Shown in pieces: positions 1 through 8,723 of a DNA stretch of 64,000 bases. The notes below the pieces were generated by a model that worked only from the letters and a program-made list of their open reading frames with translations, had not been told where the DNA came from and ran no database searches. Within the stretch, counting starts at the first letter, position 1, and each line of letters opens with the position of its first letter. The stretch lies in IMG/VR virus record IMGVR_UViG_3300027793_000052, positions 253,984 to 317,983 of that record, one strand, 5' to 3'. The position numbers and the translations under genes are program-made.

Positions 1-10
1 ATATAAAAAT

Positions 11-634
11 ATGGAAACAATACCAAAACATTACAAAGCTATGTTGGACACATTGGCTTACACAGAAGGAACTTTAGGTGTTTCTAATAACGGTTATGAT
101 TTATTATTTAATTTTTTTACCATAAACGGTTGGTCAGACAATGCTGAGTTTGGACACCAAGGTAAAAATTGGTCTGTACCTATAGGTAATGATTTTACAA
201 CAGCTGCTGGAAGGTATCAATTTTTAGCTAGTAGTTGGTATGATATGTCACAAAGGGAAAAAGACATTTTAAAATTACCTAAACTTGATACACCAATAAC
301 TTATAAAAAAGTTAATTATAATTATAACGCACCTTTTAATAAAGTTAATCAAGATTATTTGGCCTACAAATATTTAAAATTAAAAAAAATAACCGAAGAA
401 TTATTAGTAGAGGCCGAAAAATCAGTAAATAATTTTTCCACTATGATTGAAAAAACAAAATTAGATTGTACATGGACTTCATTAGCTAGATCTTTATCAT
501 CTTCAGCAAAACCATGTGAAAAACAAGCAAAACCTGGTGAAACCAAAAACAAACAAATTTGTACACCAAAAGTATGTTCGTCAGGTGCTGAAGAAATATG
601 GACTGTTTATAAAATGGCTTTAAGTAAGTATTAA
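11..634 (+). CDS. Lambda-R-like lysozyme / lytic transglycosylase (GH104-like)
   Basis: YTEGT (catalytic Glu), GYD and TAAGRYQFL motifs typical of the lambda endolysin family. No in-frame stop upstream within the window, so it may extend 5'. Confidence 0.75.
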   Translation: METIPKHYKAMLDTLAYTEGTLGVSNNGYDLLFNFFTINGWSDNAEFGHQGKNWSVPIGNDFTTAAGRYQFLASSWYDMSQREKDILKLPKLDTPITYKKVNYNYNAPFNKVNQDYLAYKYLKLKKITEELLVEAEKSVNNFSTMIEKTKLDCTWTSLARSLSSSAKPCEKQAKPGETKNKQICTPKVCSSGAEEIWTVYKMALSKY

Positions 635-673
635 TTTATTTTTTCATTTTTATTCATTATATTTTTATATTAT

Positions 674-1303
674 ATGAATATCATTGGAATTATAGTATCA
701 AAAGACGATTTAACAGGAATACCAACAAACTTTGTTCGTATGTCTCCTGAAGATTATTTAAAATTAGATAACAAAGAACTCCCTACATTAATAATCGGAT
801 GGGGTTTAACTAAAGATAATTTTAATAAAGCATCAATTTTAAATAAAAAGATATCAGATAATCTTTATTGGACATTTTCTACCGATGAAAAACGTGGTGT
901 ATTTGAATCTGATTTAAAGAAATTTATTAAAAAATCTTACGACGATTTTATAAAAGGTCTAAAATATTTTAATATAGACCCTATTATGTATAAAATAAAT
1001 AATACCGAAGAATTAATTGAAAAAATAAAGAGCCTCTCTGGTGGTTTTGCATATTTATATCTAAATAAAGTTGTGTACATATATCACAACTTTAATTTAT
1101 TTTCTATCGACCTTAATCAATTGGATTTCATAAAGTTTGATAGAAATGTTGTACTTAATGTGGTGAAAGAAATTATGAATTTTTTTAACAGTGAAATGGA
1201 AAAAGAATTTAAAAATGAACTTAAGTACTTGGATATAAAATATTTACCATACTTAATATACAGAGATGCAACAAAAAACATTATTACTAGCGTCATTCCT
1301 TAA
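674..1303 (+). CDS. Hypothetical protein
   Basis: 209-aa ORF, co-oriented with neighbours; no recognised motif. Confidence 0.6.
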   Translation: MNIIGIIVSKDDLTGIPTNFVRMSPEDYLKLDNKELPTLIIGWGLTKDNFNKASILNKKISDNLYWTFSTDEKRGVFESDLKKFIKKSYDDFIKGLKYFNIDPIMYKINNTEELIEKIKSLSGGFAYLYLNKVVYIYHNFNLFSIDLNQLDFIKFDRNVVLNVVKEIMNFFNSEMEKEFKNELKYLDIKYLPYLIYRDATKNIITSVIP

Positions 1304-1667
1304 AGAAGATAAGTTAGATTGGTTCTTAAATAAAATTTGGAAAAATTTTAATGTTAAAAAACAAAATGTTTTTTTCTTCAAAATGAATGATGATTATGTA
1401 TTAACATATAGACTATCTTTAGATATTGAAAAAAGGATAGACATAAAAAAAGAACTCCCTAAAACCATACAAATACATAAAAAAGGTAGTACCATGTTTA
1501 CAATTAATGCTTTAAATAAATTAATAGAAACAGAAAGTGGTTTACAAGGTAATGTTAATCATAAAGACTTTCAAGTTGATTGGAGTAAGTATGAAAATAA
1601 AATAATACTACTCAAAGGGGAGGATTTAGAGATTTTACCTATTGAAAGAATATTTTTTAATAATTAA
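1266..1667 (+). CDS. Hypothetical phage protein
   Basis: 133-aa ORF overlapping the previous gene; contains IHKKGSTMFTINALNKLI. Confidence 0.65.
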   Translation: MQQKTLLLASFLKEDKLDWFLNKIWKNFNVKKQNVFFFKMNDDYVLTYRLSLDIEKRIDIKKELPKTIQIHKKGSTMFTINALNKLIETESGLQGNVNHKDFQVDWSKYENKIILLKGEDLEILPIERIFFNN

Positions 1668-1670
1668 CGA

Positions 1671-1678
1671 TATTTATA
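1671..1678 (+). promoter_or_regulatory. TATTTATA putative late promoter (representative of a recurrent motif)
   Basis: GATATTTATA 13 nt before ATG 1692; the same core precedes many other genes (see findings). Confidence 0.6.
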
Positions 1679-1691
1679 TAAAAAAAGTGTC

Positions 1692-1883
1692 ATGTTAGTA
1701 AACAAAAACAAAAATGAAAAAAATATTCAATCTAATTTGGATAATTTTTTAAAGGGTAAAAAACAAGAAGATTGTAACACCGATGAGTGTTTAATTAACA
1801 ACCCTGAAGAAATCGTAAAGAGAGAAAATAAAAAAATCATCACAAATGATGGTAGACAACTTTTAAACGAATACACAAACTAA
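1692..1883 (+). CDS. Small hypothetical protein
   Basis: 63 aa, preceded by TATTTATA; ends DGRQLLNE. Confidence 0.6.
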   Translation: MLVNKNKNEKNIQSNLDNFLKGKKQEDCNTDECLINNPEEIVKRENKKIITNDGRQLLNEYTN

Positions 1884-1885
1884 AT

Positions 1886-2710
1886 ATGGAAAAAGATTTA
1901 TCTAAAGAATTATCGGAATCTCTAAAAAGACATAGAGAACTTCTTGGTTATGATCCAACCAAAGGTAAGTCTTCATTGGAAGAAAGTAGATATAGACATA
2001 CATATCCGGCAGTTGATGATATGACTGATTATGCCGATGAAGAGGAGACTACAGAAACAGAAGAAGAAACAACTGACACCGAAGGTGGAGAAGAGGGTGG
2101 TGATAACCCTGATTTCGATTTCGGAGGAGAAGAAGAAGGTGGTGATGAAGAAACTGCTGATACTGAAGGTGGGGAGGAAGAAGACACCGACGAATTTGGT
2201 ACGGCTGATGAATTCAGTGCTGCAGACGAGTTAGAAACTGAAGATGCAGACGAGGAAGTTGAAGAAATAGATGTAACAGATATTGTTAAACGTGCTGACG
2301 ATGCTAAAGGTTATTCTGAAAAGGCTGTTAAAGCAGCCGAAGAAGGTAAAAATATGATAACAGATTTAATGTCCAAGTTTGACGCGTTACAATCTACTTT
2401 ATCAAAGATAGATACTGTGGCTAACGAACTTAATGTTATTAAGAGAGATATTCAATCACAAAAACCTAAAGAAAAATTAGAATTACGTTCATTAGACTCA
2501 TATCCGTTCAACGTTAAATTAACTGATTATTGGAATGATGAAAAATTAAAAGATAATTATGAAATTACTTCAGGTACTCCTGACGCTGAAAGTCAAGACG
2601 GTGAGGTTAAAGTTTGGAAAGTAAAACCTGAAGATGTTAAAGATTACAACACAACAGATATTAAAAAATCTTTTGTTCCTGAATCTAAAAAGAAAAAAAG
2701 AACAATTTAA
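1886..2710 (+). CDS. Highly acidic protein, possible head scaffold/core protein
   Basis: Long E/D/G-rich tract followed by coiled coil; downstream of a late-type motif. Function is inferred. Confidence 0.5.
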   Translation: MEKDLSKELSESLKRHRELLGYDPTKGKSSLEESRYRHTYPAVDDMTDYADEEETTETEEETTDTEGGEEGGDNPDFDFGGEEEGGDEETADTEGGEEEDTDEFGTADEFSAADELETEDADEEVEEIDVTDIVKRADDAKGYSEKAVKAAEEGKNMITDLMSKFDALQSTLSKIDTVANELNVIKRDIQSQKPKEKLELRSLDSYPFNVKLTDYWNDEKLKDNYEITSGTPDAESQDGEVKVWKVKPEDVKDYNTTDIKKSFVPESKKKKRTI

Positions 2711-2721
2711 AAAGTAAATAG

Positions 2722-2747
2722 AAAAGGGGAAACTTTCCCCTTTTTTT
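2722..2747 (+). terminator. Intrinsic terminator
   Basis: GGGGAA-act-TTCCCC stem followed by T7. Confidence 0.8.
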
Positions 2748-2751
2748 CTGC

Positions 2752-2780
2752 TTTACAAAATCTTAATTATCCATTATAAT
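2752..2780 (+). promoter_or_regulatory. Sigma70-type promoter TTTACA-N17-TATAAT upstream of SSB
   Basis: TTTACA 2752-2757, 17-nt spacer, TATAAT 2775-2780. Confidence 0.7.
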
Positions 2781-2845
2781 TAACCTACGTATACATCATA
2801 TGTACTGCGTATTAAATAAATGTTAAACAATTAAAAAAAAACAAA

Positions 2846-3679
2846 ATGAGTAATGTATTAGATGCAATCATGTCACAGTATGAGAAGAATAAGAATACTG
2901 GTGGCAGTAAAAATTTCGAAGAAAAGGACTTTTCAAAGTATTTTAACCCACGTTTAGAAGATGGAGAAAAAAATGGCGAAGCAACTATTCGTTTAATGCC
3001 AACCAAAGAAGGTGCATCACCTTTTGAAGAAGGTTATTTTCACGTTATGCAAGTTAATGGACAATGGAGAAAACTTTATTGTAGAGAACATAACGACGGT
3101 GAAACTTGTCCATTGTGTGAAGTCGAAAAGGCTTTAAAAGCAACAGGTAGTGAAGAAGATAAAAAAATAGCTAAAACTTACAAAGCAGGTAAATTTTACC
3201 TTGTTCGTGTTATTGACCGTTCCAAAGAAGAAGACGGTGTTAAAATTTGGCGTTTTCGTCATAACTATAAGGGTGAAGGTGAATTAGATAAAATGATACC
3301 TTTATTCACTAAAAAAGGAAATCTTGCAGACGGTAGAGAAGGTCGTGACCTTACACTTATGTTAGGCCGTGGTGATAAAAACAACACCAAAATAATTTCA
3401 ATTATGGCCGAAGACCCATCAATGTTAACAAATGATAAAGAAAAAGCTAAATCATGGGTTAAAGATACTTTATCATGGAAAGAAATTTATAAATCTTCTC
3501 CACTTGAATATCTTGAAATTATAGCTAATGGTGAAACACCTGTTTGGGATAAAAAACTTGAAAAGTTTGTAGCTAAAGGTGAAGAAACGGTTAAGAAAGA
3601 AACTCCTACAAGTTCGGCTAAATATACAGCCCCTAGTGTTGAGGATGAGGCTGGTGATGATGATGAAATGCCATTTTAA
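2846..3679 (+). CDS. Single-stranded DNA-binding protein, T4 gp32-like
   Basis: IRLMP, FH, C...CPLC zinc motif, GRDL, acidic C-terminal tail DDDEMPF. Confidence 0.85.
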   Translation: MSNVLDAIMSQYEKNKNTGGSKNFEEKDFSKYFNPRLEDGEKNGEATIRLMPTKEGASPFEEGYFHVMQVNGQWRKLYCREHNDGETCPLCEVEKALKATGSEEDKKIAKTYKAGKFYLVRVIDRSKEEDGVKIWRFRHNYKGEGELDKMIPLFTKKGNLADGREGRDLTLMLGRGDKNNTKIISIMAEDPSMLTNDKEKAKSWVKDTLSWKEIYKSSPLEYLEIIANGETPVWDKKLEKFVAKGEETVKKETPTSSAKYTAPSVEDEAGDDDEMPF

Positions 3680-3689
3680 TTTTTAAGTT

Positions 3690-4718
3690 ATGTCAGAAAG
3701 TAAAGAAGCAACAAAAAAGTCTATTGGTAAAAAACAGTTTTCATTAGACAATTTAAAAAATAAGTTTAGTACGAAAACTAAATACAAGGAAACAGAGTAT
3801 TTTGATTGTGGTGAAGCATTTCACAAAGCATGTGGTATACCAGGGCCTGTTGTGTGTGGTATATCTATGTTTTTAGGCCACAGTAATAGTTCTAAAACCA
3901 CAGCTTTAATTAAAGCTGCCGCTGATGCACAAAAGAAGGGTCATTTACCTGTTTTCATAATAACAGAAAGAAAATGGTCTTTTGATCATGCTAAAGAGCT
4001 TGGTTTAGATTGTGAAAAAAATTCAGAAGGTGAGTGGGACGGATTCTTCTTATTCCGTGATGATTTTGATTATATCGAACAAATCACTGATTATATGAAT
4101 GATTTGTTAAATGCTCAAGAAAAAGGTGAGTTACCACATAGTTTAGCTTTCTTTTGGGACTCTGTAGGTTCGGTACCTTGTAAAATGACCTTTGAAGGTA
4201 AAGGTGGTAAAATGCATAACGCATCAACTTTAGCTGATAAAATAGGTCTAGGTATTAGTGGAAGAATATCCAAGTCAAAAAAACAGGATTACCCATATGA
4301 AAACAGTTTAATAATAGTGAACCAACCATGGGTGGATTTACCGGATAACCCATTTGGACAACCAGAAATAAAGGCTAAAGGTGGTGAGGCAATTTGGTTG
4401 GCATCTAGTTTAGTGTTTTTATTCGGTAATCAAAAGAAGTCTGGTATTTCACATATAATGGCAACCAAAGATAAAAGGAAAGTTAGTTTTGGTATACGTA
4501 CTAAAGTATCTGTGTTAAAAAACCATATAAACGGTTTAGGTTACAAAGATGGTAAAATAATAGCCGTACCACATGGTTATATTGAAGATACTACAGAAGC
4601 TGTGGATCAATATAAGAAAAACTATTCTGAATTTTGGAAAGAAAAATTGGGGGCAGTAGATTCAGACTTTTCTTTGGAAGAAGATAAAGAAGGTGATTAT
4701 CAATTATTTGAAGACTAG
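3690..4718 (+). CDS. RecA/UvsX-like recombinase
   Basis: Walker A-like GHSNSSKTT, ITE, Walker B FFWDSVGS, IVNQ, KGG, VLKNH. Confidence 0.85.
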   Translation: MSESKEATKKSIGKKQFSLDNLKNKFSTKTKYKETEYFDCGEAFHKACGIPGPVVCGISMFLGHSNSSKTTALIKAAADAQKKGHLPVFIITERKWSFDHAKELGLDCEKNSEGEWDGFFLFRDDFDYIEQITDYMNDLLNAQEKGELPHSLAFFWDSVGSVPCKMTFEGKGGKMHNASTLADKIGLGISGRISKSKKQDYPYENSLIIVNQPWVDLPDNPFGQPEIKAKGGEAIWLASSLVFLFGNQKKSGISHIMATKDKRKVSFGIRTKVSVLKNHINGLGYKDGKIIAVPHGYIEDTTEAVDQYKKNYSEFWKEKLGAVDSDFSLEEDKEGDYQLFED

Positions 4719-4759
4719 TTTTTTAGGACTTTTAGACACTGGGTGTATATTTATAATAT

Positions 4760-5596
4760 ATGTTTATAAAAAATTGTCATATATGTAATTGTGAGATGGT
4801 ATATAAAGATAAAAGGTCTTTTATGAAATCCACAAAAAATAATACACCATGTTTGAGTTGTAATAGAAAAGGTGATAAAAACCCCTTTTATGGTAAAAAA
4901 CATACCAAAGACAGTATGTTAAAAATGGTGGAAACATCTAAAAATTCTGAAAAAAGAAAAGAATATTACAACAAAATAAAGACAGAAGAGTTTAGAAAAC
5001 AATTGTCAGAAAAATTTAAAGGTAGTGATAACCCCAACTACAATAGGGGTTATTACAAATCCTGGGTTGAAAAGTACGGGGTGGAAGTAGCTAATGACAT
5101 GATGACCGAGTTTAAAAAAATACAATCATTATCATCATCTGGTGAAAATAATCCCATGTTTGGTAAACCCTCACCAAAAAAATCTGGTAATGGTTGGGGT
5201 GGGTGGTATAAGGATTTTTATTTTAGAAGTTTATTGGAATTATCTTACCTGATTAATATCATCGAAAGGTTTAATATTAATTGGGAGTCTGGTGAACAAG
5301 ACAAATATAAGATTCAGTACGAAATAGACGGTAAGAAAAGGAATTATTTTCCTGATTTTATCTTAAATAATAAATACATTATAGAGTGTAAACCGAAAAA
5401 ACTGTGGAATACACAAGTTAATAGTATTAAAAGAAAATACGCTGAAGAATTTTGTTCTATGAACGGTTTTAAATTTAAAATGGTGGAACCTAAAAAGATA
5501 TCTTTTACTGAATTAGAAGAAATGATTAAAAATGGTGAAATTATTTTAAACGAAAAATATACTAATAGATTTAATAAACTTATACTTAATAAATAA
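4760..5596 (+). CDS. Free-standing homing endonuclease: Zn finger + NUMOD3-like repeats + TnsA-like PD-(D/E)XK domain
   Basis: CxxC...CxxC; GDKNPFYGKKHT / GENNPMFGK repeats; FRSLLE...YFPDF...IECKP. Confidence 0.75.
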   Translation: MFIKNCHICNCEMVYKDKRSFMKSTKNNTPCLSCNRKGDKNPFYGKKHTKDSMLKMVETSKNSEKRKEYYNKIKTEEFRKQLSEKFKGSDNPNYNRGYYKSWVEKYGVEVANDMMTEFKKIQSLSSSGENNPMFGKPSPKKSGNGWGGWYKDFYFRSLLELSYLINIIERFNINWESGEQDKYKIQYEIDGKKRNYFPDFILNNKYIIECKPKKLWNTQVNSIKRKYAEEFCSMNGFKFKMVEPKKISFTELEEMIKNGEIILNEKYTNRFNKLILNK

Positions 5597-5838
5597 TGAG
5601 AATCGACTGGACACAATTACAATTAATATATCAAACACTAGGTGATGATATTAAAAACCACGTATCAGTTTTGGTTCATGAGTACTTAGTAGGTACACAA
5701 ACACAAACTATAAAAGATGAGTTGATATCGTTGAGAATTCTAGTCGATAATCCAACCCCAATTAATATATCAGAAAGAAGAACTATTGTCCAACCCTTTA
5801 ATTTTGTGTCAAACAATGACGGGGCTCAAAGTAACTAA
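5596..5838 (+). CDS. Hypothetical protein
   Basis: 80 aa, TAATG-coupled to the preceding gene. Confidence 0.55.
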   Translation: MRIDWTQLQLIYQTLGDDIKNHVSVLVHEYLVGTQTQTIKDELISLRILVDNPTPINISERRTIVQPFNFVSNNDGAQSN

Positions 5839-6838
5839 AAGAAAAGAAAAAACTAAAACACTTCTTGTTGATGGCAATGTGTTATTAAAAAGATCTTACA
5901 ATGGCGCGAAAAATGTTTTCTACAAGGAGGTACATATCGGCGGAATTTTCCAATTCTACACCACATTAAGAAAACTCATAGTAGAGTTATCAATAGATAA
6001 GGTTATTATCATGTGGGATGGTGAGAGAGGTGGTTATTTAAGACTAACCTACTATCCTGAATACAAAAGGAATAGACCTAAATTCTTCGACGAAAACTAC
6101 GAAATCCAAAAATTAAGAGTCAAAGCTTACGCTGAAGATTTATTCTTGCGTCAATATGAACACCCCGATTGTGAATCAGATGATTTATTATCTTTTTACT
6201 CCATCAATAGAAGTAAAAACGAAGAAGTAATTATCTACACAAATGACCGAGATTTGTGTCAATTAATTTGTGAAGATGTTAGTCTATATTTGGCAGATAA
6301 GAAAACCTTGGTGGGTGTAGGCAATTATAATTGGTATTTTCAACACCACTATCAAAACGCTGGTTTAGTTAAAATAATAGAAGGATGTACAACAGATAAT
6401 ATTAAAGGGATTGATGGTGTTACTGAAAACACACTTTTAACCCATTTCCCTGAAATAAAAGATAAAAAAATTACCTTAGAAGAGATATTTGAACGTAGTA
6501 AAACCTTGAAAGAAGAAAAAAATTTAAAGATATTTGAATCAATATTGGAAGGTAAAACTAAAGGATGTCACAAAGGTAATGTATATGAAATAAATAAAAT
6601 AATAATAGATCTACAACAACCACTTTTAACGGATGAGGCTAAAGAAGAAGTTTTAAATCTTATTAATTTACCATTAAACCCCGAAGGTCGTGATTATAAA
6701 AACGTATTAAAAATGATGTTTGAAGACGGTGTTATGTACGCTATACCTGGTGGTGAAAATGGTTATGTAAATTTTTTAGAACCCTTTATAAAACTATCCA
6801 AAAAAGAAAAAACAAACTACAAAAACTCAAAACTATGA
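5816..6838 (+). CDS. 5'-3' exonuclease / flap endonuclease (T4 RNase H / Pol I N-terminal like)
   Basis: LLVDGN, WDG, YPEYKRNR, ESDD, TNDRDLCQL, DNIKGIDG (helix-hairpin-helix). ATG 5816 preferred over the TTG at 5786. Confidence 0.9.
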   Translation: MTGLKVTKRKEKTKTLLVDGNVLLKRSYNGAKNVFYKEVHIGGIFQFYTTLRKLIVELSIDKVIIMWDGERGGYLRLTYYPEYKRNRPKFFDENYEIQKLRVKAYAEDLFLRQYEHPDCESDDLLSFYSINRSKNEEVIIYTNDRDLCQLICEDVSLYLADKKTLVGVGNYNWYFQHHYQNAGLVKIIEGCTTDNIKGIDGVTENTLLTHFPEIKDKKITLEEIFERSKTLKEEKNLKIFESILEGKTKGCHKGNVYEINKIIIDLQQPLLTDEAKEEVLNLINLPLNPEGRDYKNVLKMMFEDGVMYAIPGGENGYVNFLEPFIKLSKKEKTNYKNSKL

Positions 6839-7272
6839 AAAAATTTGAATTCTTATTAAAGATTAATGGCAATATTATTTGCCAACGTTACTTTTCTGTA
6901 AAAAATTTTAACACCAAATCGGTAAACTCTTTAGATTTATACGACTGTGTGGATGATTGTACAGGTATGATACAAGAACAACTAAAAGAAAAAGCCATAG
7001 ATTATTTATGGAACCAATTTAACCCATACGAAAAACAAACAGAAGAACAAATTAACAGAACACCAATCTATGAAAAAGAAGATATTTTTGATTTTGAAAT
7101 TAGAATAGATGAAAAAACTATTATAGCTAAACGTTTTACTGGTAATGTTTACCCACAAAGAGTTAGATATAGTGTTGATATTCGTGAATTAATTTCTAAG
7201 ATTATATCTCGTATTCAAGAAACATTAGGTCAAGAAAATTTTACTGTGGAATACGCAAGCATAAAATTGTAA
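6835..7272 (+). CDS. Hypothetical protein in replication cluster
   Basis: 145-aa ORF between exonuclease and helicase. Confidence 0.65.
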   Translation: MKKFEFLLKINGNIICQRYFSVKNFNTKSVNSLDLYDCVDDCTGMIQEQLKEKAIDYLWNQFNPYEKQTEEQINRTPIYEKEDIFDFEIRIDEKTIIAKRFTGNVYPQRVRYSVDIRELISKIISRIQETLGQENFTVEYASIKL

Positions 7273-7302
7273 TCACTATTTATGAATATACAAAGTAAGA
7301 AG

Positions 7303-8691
7303 ATGGGTAAAAATGTTACATTAGGGTATCTCGGTTATAAGTTTCAAACCGAATTAATTAACCAACTCTTACATCCAGCGAATAAAAAATTTTCTGACAG
7401 AATTATCGACATTGTACACGCCAAGTATTTCGATAATGAATATTTTCGTCTCATAGTAGCCCAAATTAAAGACTACTATGAGAAGTACGAAAAAGTTCCA
7501 GCTTACGACACTTTAGAAACCATTTTTAGAATGGAGATTAAAGACAAAGTAACTCAGGACTATGTATTTGAAATGTTAAATGAAATTCGTAATTTGGTTG
7601 TAACAGATTGGGAATTTATTCAGGGTAAAGCTTTAAATTTCTGTAGACAACAAGAACTTAAAAAAGCCAATGAAAAAATTAACAAGATTGTTGATAATGG
7701 TGAGTTTGACAACTATGAAACTTGTGCTGAAATTTTAAGAGAAGCTTTAGCTGTAGGTTCCGAAAAAGATGACGGTACTTCCATCACCGAAAACATTGAA
7801 GCAGTGTTAGAAAAAGACTTTAGACACCCAATTCCGACAGGAATAAGTGGTATTGATAATTTAACCGATGGTGGTTTGTCTAAAGGTGAGTTAGGTGTTA
7901 TTTTAGCCCCATACGGGATTGGGAAGACCACCATATTAACAAAATTAGCTAATACGGCTTACAATGAAGGTTATAATGTTTTACAAATAGTATTTGAAGA
8001 CATGCCTGATGTTATTAAAAGAAAACATTTAGCGTGTTGGTCAGGTATTAATTTAAATGAATTAGCTGACCGAAAAGAAGAAGTTTTAGCTAAACACAAA
8101 GAAGTAACTTTTAACCGTAACAATGACCTCAAAATTAGAAAATTTTCATCTGAGGGAACAACCATGCAAACAATAAAATCTTTTGTTAGACATGAAATTT
8201 CTAATGGTTTTAAACCTGACATGATAATTTTAGACTATATCGATTGTGTTGAATCAACACGTCAGTATAGTGATGAATGGTCTGGTGAAGGTAACGTTAT
8301 GAGAGGTTTTGAATCTATGTTAAGTGAATTTGGTATGGTAGGTTGGACAGCAGTACAGGGTAATAGAAGTTCTATTAGTTCCGATGTTGTTACAGGTGAC
8401 CAAATGGGAGGTTCAATTAAGAAAGCTCAAATCGGACACTTCATTATGTCAATAGCAAGAACTCTTCCACAAAAAGAATCTGGTAGAGCTACAATAGCAG
8501 TCTTAAAATCACGTTTTGGTCGTGATGGTGTTGTATTCGAAGACTGTACATTTGATAACGGTAGGGTGTATATAGACACAGAATCCTCAAACACATTCTT
8601 AGGGTACGAAAAGAAACAAGAGGAGAAAAAAGAAGCACATACACGTGATAGAATACAAAGAGCAAAAGAGTTACAAAAACAAAACAATTAA
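7303..8691 (+). CDS. Replicative DNA helicase, DnaB / T4 gp41-like
   Basis: IPTGI, APYGIGKTT (Walker A), IILDYID, TAVQGNR, KSRFG. ATG 7303 follows TATTTATG; alternative start 7282. Confidence 0.92.
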   Translation: MGKNVTLGYLGYKFQTELINQLLHPANKKFSDRIIDIVHAKYFDNEYFRLIVAQIKDYYEKYEKVPAYDTLETIFRMEIKDKVTQDYVFEMLNEIRNLVVTDWEFIQGKALNFCRQQELKKANEKINKIVDNGEFDNYETCAEILREALAVGSEKDDGTSITENIEAVLEKDFRHPIPTGISGIDNLTDGGLSKGELGVILAPYGIGKTTILTKLANTAYNEGYNVLQIVFEDMPDVIKRKHLACWSGINLNELADRKEEVLAKHKEVTFNRNNDLKIRKFSSEGTTMQTIKSFVRHEISNGFKPDMIILDYIDCVESTRQYSDEWSGEGNVMRGFESMLSEFGMVGWTAVQGNRSSISSDVVTGDQMGGSIKKAQIGHFIMSIARTLPQKESGRATIAVLKSRFGRDGVVFEDCTFDNGRVYIDTESSNTFLGYEKKQEEKKEAHTRDRIQRAKELQKQNN

Positions 8692-8723
8692 AAAATTACA
8701 AATTTTCTAAAAAATTATTAAAA

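Noticed and set aside
2031-2234. Alternative-frame + strand ORFs (2031..2234, 11242..11451, 20376..20603, 60685..60900)
   Set aside because: Nested in longer, better supported genes; no independent signals.
4719-5596. Group I intron carrying the endonuclease (also considered for 11776..12552)
   Set aside because: Flanking genes appear complete with their own stops, and the intergenic spacers are too short for an intron core.
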